From: Mobula hypostoma
Taxonomy: Eukaryota
Length of the DNA: 64,000 nt
Assembly (NCBI RefSeq): GCF_963921235.1
Contig: NC_086100.1
Span: 202,866,001 to 202,930,000, forward strand
Direction of reading: 5' to 3'
Shown: piece by piece, positions 1 through 11,107 of the stretch
Layout of the letters: every line of letters begins with the position of its first letter
Position numbering within the stretch: the stretch's first letter is position 1
Notes under the pieces: model-generated
Seen by the model: the letters and a program-made list of their open reading frames with translations, nothing else
What the model was told of the DNA's origin: nothing
Database searches by the model: none
Made by a program: the position numbers and the translations under genes

Positions 1-4
1 GATC

Positions 5-2597
5 TAATACAGAAACACAGAAACAGAAAACCTAGAGCGCAATACAGGCCCTTCGGCCCACAATGCTGTGCCGAACATGTACTTGCTTTAGAAATTACCT
101 TGGATTACCCATATCCCTCTATTTTTCTAAGCTCCATGAACCCATCCAAGAGTCTCTTAAAAGACCCTATCATATCCGATTCCACCACCATCGCTGGCAG
201 CCCATTCCATGCACTCACCACTCTCCGAGTAAAAAACTTAGCCCTGACATCTCCTCTGAACCTACTTCCAAGAACTTTAAAACTGTGCCCTTTTGTGTTA
301 GTCATTTCAGCCCTGGGAAAAAGCCTCTGACTATCCACACGATCAATGCCTCTCATTATCTTGTACACCTCTATCAGGTCACCTCTCAACCTTCAACCTT
401 CAGGTTGCTTCAAGGAGAAAAGGCCGCGTTCACTCAACCTGTTTTCATAAGGCAAGCTCCCCAATCCAGGCAACATACTTCTAAATCTCCTCTGCACCCT
501 TTCTATGGTTTCCACATTCTTCCTGTAGTGAGGCGACCAGCACTGAGCACAGTACTCCAAATGGAGTCTGACCAGGGTCCTATATAGCTGCAACATTACC
601 TCTCAGCTCTTTAACTCAGTCCCACAATTCATGAAGGCCAATGCACCGTATGCCTTCTTAACCTATGGACTCGGACCCCAAGATCCCTCTGATCCTCCAC
701 ACTGCCAAGAGTCTTACCATTAATACTATATTCTGCCATCATATTTGACCTACCAAAATGAACCACCTCACACTTATCTGTGTTGAACTCCATCTGCCAC
801 TTCTCAGCCCAGTTTTTCATCCTATCGAGGTCCCGATATAACCCCTGACAGCCCTCCACACTATCCACAATACCCTCAACCTTTGTGTCATCAGCAAATT
901 TACTAACCCATCCCTCCACTTCCTCATCCATGTCATTATAAAAAATCATGAAGAGATGGGGTCCCAGAACAGATCCCTGAGGCACACCACCGGTCACTGA
1001 CCTCCATGCAGAATATGACCTGTCTACAACCACTCTTTGCCTTCTGCGGGCAAACCAATTCTGGATCCACAAAGCAATGTCCCCTTGGATCCCATGCCTC
1101 CTTACTTTCTCAATAAGCCTTGTATGGGTTACCTTATCAAATGCCTTGCTGAAATCCACATACACTGCATCTACTGCTCTTCCTTCATCAATGTGTTTAG
1201 TCACATCCTCAAAAAATTCAATTAGGCTCGTAAGGCACAACCTGCCTTTGACAAAGCAATGCTGACTATTCCCAATCATATTCTGCCTCTCCAAATGTGC
1301 ATAAACCCTGCCTCTCAGGATCTTCTCCATCAACTTACCAACCACTGAATTAAGACTCACTGGCCTATAATTTCCTGGGCTATCTCTACTCCCTTTCTTG
1401 AATAAGGAAACATCTGCAACCCTCCAATCCTCTGGAACCTCTCCCGTCCCCATTGATGAAACAAATATCATCGCCAGAGGGTCAGCAATCTCCTCCCTTG
1501 CTTCCCACAATAGCCTGGGGTACATCTCATCCGGTCCCGGTGACTTATCCAACTTGATGCTTTCCAAAAGCTTCACACATCCTCTTTCTTAATGTCTATA
1601 TGCTCTAGCTTTTCAGTCCACTGTAAGTCATCCCTACAATCGCCAAGATCCTTTTCAGTAATGAATACTGAAGCAACGTATTAACTAACTACCTCTGCTA
1701 TCTCCTCCGGTTCCATATACACTTTCCACTGTCACACTTGATTGGTCCTATTCTCTCATATCTTCTCCTCTTGCTCTTCACATACTTGTAGAATGCCTTG
1801 CGGTTTTCCTTAATCCTGCTCCCCAAGGCCTTCTCATGGCCCCTTCTGGCTCTCCTAATTTCATTCTTAAGCTCCTTCCTGCGAGCCTTATAATCTTCTA
1901 GATCTCTATCGTTACCTAGTTTTGTGAACCTTTCGTAAGCTTTTCTTGAATAGATTTACAATAGCCTTTGTACACCATGGTTCCTGTGCCCTACCATCCT
2001 TGCCCTGTTTCAAAGTATATACCTATGCAGAATGCCATGCAAATATACGCTGAACATTTGCCACATTTTTGTCACACATTTCCCCAAGAACATCTGTTCC
2101 CAATTTATGCTTCCAAGTTCCTGCCTGATAGCTTCATATTTCCCCTTACTCCAATTGAACACTTTCCAAACTTGTCTGTTCCTATCCCTCTCCAATGCTG
2201 TGGTAAAGGAGATAGAATTGTGATCACTATCTCCAAAATGCTCTCCCACTGAGAGACCTGACACCTGACCAGGTTCATTTCCCAATACCAGATCAAGTAC
2301 AGCCTCTCCTCTTGTAGGGTTATCTACATATTGTGTCAGGAAACCTTTCTGAACACACCTAACAAACTCCACCCCATCTAAACCCCTCACTCTAGGGAGA
2401 TGCCAATCAATATTGGGGAAATTAAAATCTCCCACCACGACAACCCTGTTATTATTACACCTTTCCAGAATCTGTCTCCCAATCTGCTCCTCGATGTCAC
2501 TGTTACTATTGGGTGGTCTATTAATAAACACCCAGCAGAGTTATTGACCGCTTCCTGTTCCTAACTTACACCCACAGAGACTCAGTAGACAATCCCT
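5..2597 (-). mobile_element. 5'-truncated degenerate CR1 LINE (end of endonuclease, RT, 3' tail)
   Basis: ORFs 2010-2531 (VVVGDFNFP, SDHN), 629-1576 (SPGPD, PGNYRPVS, DFSKAFDKV, SKFADDTK), 393-596 and 105-389; microsatellite-like tail at the window start. Confidence 0.9.
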
Positions 2598-2746
2598 GCA
2601 TAATATGACCTAAAATGTGATCAGATCTTCATGTAAGTCCCTAAACTAGATCAAGAGAACCCGATTAAATAAATAACAATTATACTTGTTTATTTATTTA
2701 TTGAGGAAAAGTTATCCAATGTTACATGTATTTGTTTTGAAAAAAT

Positions 2747-3927
2747 ATAGAAACATAGAAAACCTACAGCACAATACAGGCCCTTCGGCCCACAAAGTTG
2801 TGCCGAACATGTCCCTACCTTAGAAATTACTAGGCTTTACCTATAGCCCTCTATTTTTCTAAGCTTCATGTACCTATCCAAAAGTCTCTTAAAAGACCCT
2901 ATCGTATCCGCCTCCACCACCGTTGCTGGCAGCCCATTCCACACACTCACCACTCTCTGAGTAAAAAAACTTACCCCTGACATCTCCTCTGTACCTACTC
3001 CCAAGCACTTTAAACCTGTGTCCTCTTGTGGCAACCATTACAGCCCTGGGAAAAAGCCTTTGACTATCTACGTGATCAATGCCTCTCATCATCTTATACA
3101 CTTCGATCAGGTCACCTCTCATCCTCTGTTGCTTCAAGAAGAAAAGGCCGGGTTCACTCAACCTATTCTCATAAGGCATGCTCCCCAATCCAGGCAACAT
3201 CCTTGTAAATCTCCTCTGCACCCTTTCTATGGTTTCCACATCCTTCCTGCAGTGAGGCGACCAGAACTGAGTATAGTACTCCAAGTGGGGTCTGACCTGC
3301 GGCCTATAGAGCTTCAATATTACCTCTCGGCTCCTAAATTAAATTCCACGATTGATGAAGGCCAATACACCGTATGCCTTTTTAACCACAGAGTCAACAT
3401 GTGCAGCTGCTTTGAACATCCTATGGACTCAGACCCCAAGATCCCTCTGATCCTCCACACTGCCAAGAGTCTTACCATTAATACTATATTCTGCCATCAT
3501 ATTTGACCTACCAAAATGAACCACTTCACACTTACCTAGGTTGAATTCCATCTGCCACTTCTCTACCCTGTTTTGCATCCCATCAATGTCTCGCTGTAAC
3601 CTCTGACAGCCCTCCACATTATCCACAACACCCCCAACCTTTGTGTCATCAGCAAACTTACTAATCCATCCCTCCACTTCCTCATCCAGGTCATTTATAA
3701 AAGTCACGAAGAGTAAGGGTCCCAGAACAGATCCCTAAGGCAGACCACTGGTCACTAACCTCCATGCAGAATATGACCCGTCTACAACCACTCTTTGCCT
3801 TCTGTGGGCAAACCAGTTCTGGATCCACAAAGTAATGTCCCCTTGGATCCCATGCCTCCTTACTTTCTCAATAAGCCCTGCATGGGGTACCTTATCAAAT
3901 GCCTTGTTGAAATCCATATACGCTACA
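2747..3927 (-). mobile_element. CR1 3' fragment inserted in the Tc1
   Basis: ORFs 3735-3917, 3429-3707 (SKFADDTK) and 2889-3317; tail ATAGAAAC repeats on +. Confidence 0.9.
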
Positions 3928-4389
3928 TATGTGAACCTTTGCTTTCAGTAACTGGTGTGACTCCCTTTGTACAGCAATAACTTCAACCAAACATTTCCAG
4001 TAACTGTTGATCAGTCTTGCTCATCAGCTTGGAGGAATTTTGGGCCATTACTCCTTACATAACTGCTTCAACTCCGGGACGTTGCTGGGCTTCCTTGCAT
4101 GAACTGCTTGCTTCAGGTCCTTCCACAACACTCCTATAGGATTGAGGTCAGGACTTTGACTCGGCCATCCCAAAACAGGAATTTTCTTCTCTTTAGACCA
4201 TTCTAATGATGATTTACTCTTGTCTTTTGGATCATTGTTTTGTTGCATGATACAACTTCCATTAAGCTTCAGGTGAATGACTGCTACCCTATCGTTCTCT
4301 AATAAAATATCTTGATGTAATTTTGAATTCATTGTTCCTTCAATGACTGCAAGCTGTCCAGGCCCTGAGGCAGAAAGCAGCCCCAAACC

Positions 4390-4734
4390 ATAAGAACATA
4401 AGAAATAGGAGCAGGAGTCGGCCATCTGACCCACTGAGCCTGCTCTGCCATTCAATTAGATCATGGCTGATCTGGCCGAACTTCCTTTTCCCCATAACCC
4501 TTAATTCCCCTACTATGCAAAAATCTATCCAACCTTGTCTTAAATATACCTACTCAGGTAGCCTCCACTGCTTCATTGGGCAGAGAATTCCAGATTCACC
4601 ACTCTCTGGGAAAAGCTGTTCTTCCTCATCTCTGTCCTAAATCTGCTTTCCCTAATCTTGAGGCTATATCCCCTATTTTTAGTCTCATCTATCAGAAACA
4701 ACTTTCCTGCCTCTGTCTTACTTATCCTTTTCAT
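4390..4734 (-). mobile_element. Short CR1 3' end inserted in the Tc1 transposase
   Basis: Tail ataagaacataagaa; ORF 4573-4758 (RGYSLKIR..FSQRVVNL); flanking aaacc duplication. Confidence 0.75.
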
Positions 4735-5204
4735 AAACCGTGACGCTTCTTCCACCATGCTTCACAGTTCAGATGAGGTTTTGGGGTTGGTGTGCAGTGC
4801 CCTTTTTCGTCCAAACATAGCCATGTGCATTTCTGCCAAAAAGTTCAACTTTTGTCCCATCTGTCCACAGAACATAGTCCCAGAAGCGGTCGTTTGCAAG
4901 CTTTAGACGTGCAGCAATATTTTTTTGGAGAGCAGTGCTTCCTCTGTGGTGCCCTTCCATGAAGACCTTTCTTGTTCAGTGTTTTTCTGGTGGACACATG
5001 AACAGAGAATTTAGCAGGTTCTAGAGATTCCTGCAGGTCTTTTGCTGTTACCCTCAGGTTCTTTTTCAGCTCCTTCAGCATTGCATGTTGTGCTCCTGGT
5101 GCTTGCAGGATGCCCATTCCTAAGGCGAGTAGCAATACTTTCCTCCATTTTACACAGTTTCTCATACTGTGGACTGATGAATACTTAGGTCTTGAGTGAT
5201 GCTT

Positions 5205-5340
5205 AGGGCATGAATGGATAAGGGGAGAAGGTAGGAGATTGGGGCTGAGAGGAAAAGTGGATCAGTCATAATAAAATGGCAGAGCAGACTCGATGGGCCA
5301 AATGGCCAAATTCTGCTCCGATATCTTATGGTCTTGTGGT
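5205..5340 (+). mobile_element. CR1 3'UTR/tail fragment
   Basis: gatgggccaaatggcc...tcttatggtcttgtggt tail shared with other CR1 copies in the window. Confidence 0.65.
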
Positions 5341-5608
5341 TTTTAGAGGTGCTTTTGTCGCCGTTTCCAGCTTGATGCATCTTTACAATTCTTCTCAAGT
5401 CCTCTGGAAGTTTTTTTTTCGATCGAGGCATGGTACACATAAACAGATCTTCCTTGAAAAGAGCTGGCTCTATCAGTAACCTGACTTTGTATGTCTCTTC
5501 TAGGGCAAGACTCCTCTACAATCCACACCTCCAATCTCATCTCATTGACAGGAATATCTGACTCCAATTAGCTTTTGTAGAAGGCATTACCTCAGAGGTT
5601 CACATATT

Positions 5609-7738
5609 CCATGTGCCACTTCCTCCCCCAGGTCTGCATCCTGTCAGTGTCCTGTTATAACCAACAGTATGAGAATCGTCCACAGTAACTACAACTCCAC
5701 CAGCGTCTGTGTTATCTGCAAACTTACTAACCCACTCTTCAATTTACCTCATGAGAGTAATTTATCAAAATCACAAAGTGCAGGGGTCCCAGAACAGATC
5801 CCTGCAGAACACCACTGGCCAACAACTTCAGGCAGAATACATTCCATCTACAATCACCCTCAGCCTTCTATAGGAGGCCATTTCTTTTGGCATACAACCA
5901 AGTTTCCCTGGATCCATACCTCCCGACTTCCTGAATGAGCCGACCATGGGGAGTCATGGGGGAAGAACCCCCGAGTCCCTTTGCATCTCTGCATTTTGAA
6001 TTCTCTCTCCATCTAAATAATAGTCTGCCCATTTATTTCTTCCACCAAAGTGCACGACCATACACTTTCCAAAACTGTATTTCATATGCCACTTCTTTGT
6101 CCATTCCCCGAAGCTATCCCGTAGTCCCAATCATGGACATACATCATAAAAAGCAGTGGTCCCAACACTGACCCCTGTGGAACTCCACTGGTAACTGGCA
6201 GCCAGACAGAACAGGATCCCTTTATTCCCAGTCCCTGTTTCCTGCCAATTGGCCAATGCTCCACCAATGCTAGTGACTTCCCTGTAATTCCATCAGCTCT
6301 CATCTTGCTAAGCAGGCTCCTGTGCGGCACCTTGTCAAAGGCCTTCTGAAAATCCAAGTACACCACGTCTACTCCATTTCCTTTGTCTACCCTGCTTGTA
6401 ATTTTCTCAAAGAATTGCAGTTGGCTTGTCGGGCAGGATTTATCATTCAGAAAACCATGCTGACTTTGGCCTATCTTGTCATGTGCCTCCAGGTACTCTG
6501 TAATCTCATCCCTAACAATCGATTCCAACAACTTCCCAACCACTGATGTCAGGCTAACAGGTCTATAGTTTCCATTCTGCTGCCTTCCACCCTTCTTAAA
6601 TAGCGGAGTAATATTTGCAATTTTCCAGTCATCTGGTTCAATGCCAGGATCTATCAATTCTTGAAAGATCATTGTTAATGCTTCCGCAGTCTCTCCAGCT
6701 ACTTCCTTGAGAACCCGAGGATGCATTCCATCAGGTCCAGGAAAATTATCCACCTTCAGACTATTAAGCTTCCTGAGCACCTTCTCCGTCATAATTTTCA
6801 CTGCACAAACCTCACTTCCCTGACGCTCTTGAATGTCCAGTATATTGCAGACGTCTTCCACTGTGAAGACTGATGCAAAATACGTATTCAGTTCCTCTGC
6901 CATCTCTGCGTCTCTCGTTACAATATCTCCAGCATCATTTTCTATTGGTCCTATATCTACCCTCGACTCTCTTTTACCCTTTATGTAATTAAAAAAGCTT
7001 TCAGTATCTTCTTTGATATTAGTTGCCAGCTTCCTCTCATAATTCATCTTTTCCTTCCGAATGACCTTAGTTACCTTCAGCAAGTTTTTAAAAGCTTCCC
7101 AATCTTCTATTTTCCCACTAGCTTTGGATTCTTTGTATGCCCTCTCTTTTGCTTTTACTTTGGCTCTGACTTGTCAGCTACGTAGCATCCTTCTTCCCTT
7201 TGAAATTCTTCTTATTTGGAATATATCTGTCTTGCATTTCCCTCATTTTTCGCAGAAACTCCAGCCATTGTTGCTCTGCTGTCCTTCCTGCAAATGTCCC
7301 TTTCCAGTCAACTTTGGCCAGTTCCCCTCTCATGCCATTGTAATTTCCTTTATTCCACTGAAATACTGACACATTGGATTTTATTTTTACCCTCTCAAAT
7401 TTCAATGTGAACTTGATCATATTGTGATCACTGTTCCCTCAGGGTTCCTTAACCTTAAACTCTCTTATCACCTCCTGATCATTGCACAACACCGAATCCA
7501 GCACAGCTGATCCCCTAGTGGGCTCAACAGCAAGATGTTCTAAAAAGCCGCCCCTTAGACATTCTACAAATTCTCTCTCGAGGTCCAGTACTGACTTGGT
7601 TTTCCCAATCCACTTTCATGTTAAAATCCCCAACGATTATCATGACATTGCCTTTCTGACATGCCTTTTCTATCTCCTGCTGTGATTTATAATCCACATC
7701 CCGGCTGCTGTTTGGAGCCTATATACAACTGCCATTAG
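5609..7738 (-). mobile_element. Degenerate CR1 fragments (EN end to RT)
   Basis: ORF 6082-7083 (PGPDGMHPRVLKE, NYRPVSLTS, DFQKAFDKV, GVPQGSVLGP); ORF 7178-7420. Confidence 0.85.
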
Positions 7739-8569
7739 TCTTGGTACCTTGATTTCCTAACTGGTAGGAAAAATAGATTTCCTTTTATATTGCCCAAGGA
7801 TTCACTTGATGCAGCTATCTGAGCTTGACCCATAACTCTTTTTTTGATCAGAACCTCAATATCTCTTGTTATTTTCTATGAGAAGAGACTAAACACTCTG
7901 GGTTTAGGATTACGGGGGATAAATCATTGCAAGTATCTAAAGAGGAAATGGATACATTTTTGGAAGACCGAGGGGTACTGAGGTCTTTAAAGAACTGACA
8001 CAGAAAAGATTAGCAGATCATGTCAAATGTTCAATGTTGTATATTCTCATTGAAATCATTAATGTCTGAAAACCAACAGAGGGAACAAGACTGATCCTGA
8101 CGAATTAGTGATATAACTTGATCTTTTCTGCACAGTATTTGAATGCTAATTGCCTGGGCTTCAACACAGACTTATCTGGTTGATGGTGGGTTAGCAATTC
8201 TCTATTAAGATACATATTTATGTTATATTATTGGGAAGTTTTGATAAAACAGGAATAAAAGCTGTGAAAAGGATGTTTGATTCCCTATTATTTTGAACTG
8301 TTTTTTAAATTTTTCTGCTCATCAAGCTGTGTCTTTTGCCCTTGAAGTAGGACTGGTTGAAAGCTTGGTGCCTCACATCTTATTCTGAGAGTAGGGCTGT
8401 ATTTCAGTATTTTTATGGAGGCGGAAATAATAGTTCCATTCTCTTGATCATTTATCATTCCAAACACAAACCTCTAGATGGGTAAAAATAATAAACTTGA
8501 TGTTAACTTTGTCTTTGAGATGGTATACTCTTAAAAAGAAATTGCAGAGTTATCCTGATCTCTCATATC

Positions 8570-8635
8570 TCTTCCCCTCCCCCACTCTTCCCCACCCCTC
8601 CCCCATCACTTCCTTCCTGCTATTTCTGTCAGCAG
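8570..8635 (+). promoter_or_regulatory. Probable splice acceptor (polypyrimidine tract plus tandem CAGCAG) of the first coding exon
   Basis: Long C/T tract ending tttctgtCAGCAG|gtcct, about 240 nt upstream of the ATG. Confidence 0.55.
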
Positions 8636-8875
8636 GTCCTGCACCTACTGATGATTTTAAGTCTGGAAAGTTAAAATGAAAATTCCAAATGAAGGAACTG
8701 GTAAATTGATTTGGAAGAAAAATGTAATATCTGTATTGTGATGCTACTTTACCTCCAGTCTGTACTGCCTTTATGGTTTTATGGTGAAGATGTATGAGAA
8801 CATTCGTGCACTATGAGAAGTGACTCTCTTTCTGAGCAGTGCAATACAGGTCAATGTTGTGGGACTATTTGAGGT

Positions 8876-9591
8876 ATGGCCTCTTTGGATCTACCCTACC
8901 GCTGTCCAAGATGTGGGGAACACAAGCGTTTTAGGAATCTTTCTTCATTGCGAGCTCATCTGGAATACAATCATACATATGAGACACTTTACGTCCTTTC
9001 AAAGTCTAACAGCATCTGTGATGCTGGTATTTTATCTTCAGGAGGTGACAAATCAATTCTGATACCTACTTCCTGTAAAGAAATCTTTGAAAGCACTTCA
9101 TTTAGGAGCAAAGAACAGAGATATTTATATGATTTAGAGTGCGGGGAGGAATTATCACATGGTTCCACCTGTTATTTGCCTGAAGTCGAAGGCCCAGTAA
9201 ACGAAATATTCATGAGAAAGGCAGTGACTCCTTCTACTCCCCCTGCAGCTCTGGCTGCAGCTGCAGTAGATGCTGTTTATGAGGAAGGGCTGGCTCGGTT
9301 AAAGATCCAAGCTTTCGAGAAGCTAGACTTGAATGAGCGCTTAGAAAAGCTGTCGGAGGAGGTGGAGCAGAAGATCACAGCCCGAGTGGATAAGCTTCAG
9401 ATAGAACTTGAAAAGAAAAGCTCAGAACTGGAAAAAGCCAAGCAAGAAAGCATACGGTTGAGCCAAGAAAAGCAAAATCTTGAAGAGAAGGCTACTGAAC
9501 TATCACGGCAAGTTGATGTGAGTGTAGAAATGCTGGCCACATTGAAGCAAGATTTGGTGCAGAAGGACCAGGAACTAGCCAGGAAACAGCA
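8876..9591 (+). CDS. FBXO41: F-box only protein 41, first coding exon (C2H2-type zinc finger plus coiled coil); partial CDS
   Basis: MASLDLPYRCPRCGEHKRFRNLSSLRAHLEYNHTYETLY.. and YEEGLARLKI..LSEEVEQKI..LSRQVDVSVEMLA.LKQDLV..RKQQ match the vertebrate FBXO41 N-terminus as I recall it (better than paralog ZNF365). Ends at consensus donor CA|GTAAGT (GT 9592-9593, phase 2). Confidence 0.93.
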
Positions 9592-11107
9592 GTAAGTATG
9601 TCTCTGTAGTCAGCAAGATGTAAAGGTGAATATGATTTTGTAAGTAAGTAGAGTTGGTTTTGTTCTGTGTCAGCATGTGTTTATCACCATTATCTATGCT
9701 ATTCAATTAGATCCACTCACCTCTGTCCCTCAAGTAATTATTTTTCCTTCAGGTGTTTATCCAGTTCTCTTCTGAAAGATAATTGCTGATAATGCCCCTT
9801 CAAGCAGCACGTGACGGGTTACAACTTGATGTGTTACCTCGAATAGTCCTATTGCCATTCAACTTCTATCTGTGTCTTATCATGACTGACCCTGACCTCT
9901 GATGACTGACTGACCCTGGGAGGGACGTTTACTAGTGCTGCTGGGGAGGGTTTAAACTAGATTTGAAGGGGGGGGGGTGGGAACCGAAGTGAAGAAGCAG
10001 AGGATGGAGTGGTTGGCGCACAAGTAGAGACATCTTGCAGGGAGTTTATCAGGAAGGATAAGCAGATGATAGAGCACAGAAGCACGCGGCCAGATGGTTT
10101 GAGATGTGTCTATTTTAATGCAAGGCGGATGAACTTAAAGCTTGGCTCAATACGTGGAGCTCTGATGTTGTGCCCATTACAGAGACTTGAATGTCTCAGG
10201 AGCACGATGGCTGAGTGTACCAGGCTTCAGATGTTGCAAAAAGGACGGGGAGGGAGGCAAAAGAGGTGGGGGAGTGGCACTGCTAATCAGGGATAGTATC
10301 ACGGCTGCAGAAAAGGAGGAAGTCAAGGAGGGATTGTCCACCGAGTCAGTGTGGGTGGAAGTCAGGTACAGGAAGGGGGCAATAACTCTACTTGAAGTTA
10401 TTTTATAGATCCCCCCAAGAGTACCAGAGGCATTGAGGAGCAGATAAGGAGTCAGATTCTGGAATGGTGCAAATAATAATAGGGTTGTTGTGATGGGTGA
10501 TTTTAACTTTCCTAATATTGATCTGCATCGCCTCAGTGTCAGGGGTTTAGATTTGATTCTGGAATGGTGCAGTGATAATAGGGTTGTGATTCTGGTACAG
10601 TGCAATAATAATACGGTTGTGATGGGAGATTTCAACTTTACTGATATTGATAGGCATCTCCTTAACATGAGGGGTTTAGATAGGGTAGAGTTTGTTAGGT
10701 GTGTTCAGAAAGATTTCCTGACCCAATATGTAGATACCAACTGGAGAAGAGGCTGTACTTGATCTGGTATTGGGAAATGAACCTGGTCAGGTATTAGATC
10801 TCTCGGTGGGAAAGCATTTTTAGTGGTAGTGACTACACCTCTATCTCGTTCACCGTAGTGCTGGAGAAGGACAGGAGCAGACAATTTGGGAAAACATTTA
10901 ATTGGGGTAGGGGAAATATGATGCTATTAGGCAGGAACTTGGGAACATAAATTGGGAGCAGATATTCTCAGGAAAATGTACAGCAGAAATGTGGCAAAAT
11001 ATTCAGGAAACATTTGCATGGAGATCTGCATAAGTATGTTCCACTGAGACAGGAAAAGGATGGTAGGGATAAAGTACCATGGTGTACAAAGGATGTAGAA
11101 AATCTAG

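Larger units (their letters stand above)
2606..5608 (-). mobile_element. Decayed Tc1-family DNA transposon, interrupted by three CR1-type insertions
   Basis: Transposase fragments 5162-5440 (MPRSKK..PEDLR), 4769-4960 (VLWTDGTKVELFG) and 4048-4455 (QQNNDPK, WPSQSPDLNPIG; second D and the E appear mutated). Repeat motif ATGTGAACC at ~3929 and its reverse complement at ~5597-5605. Outer TIR ends not seen. Confidence 0.85.

Noticed and set aside
63..587. Recurrent antisense and alternate-frame ORFs (also 3018-3506, 13953-14354, 18042-18872, 57433-57921)
   Set aside because: They are shadows of repeated TE coding sequence; recurrence reflects repeat copy number.
8876..9595. Complete single-exon 239-aa gene, or ZNF365
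   Set aside because: The stop lies in a consensus splice donor, and the N-terminus MASLDLPYRCPRC fits FBXO41 rather than ZNF365.
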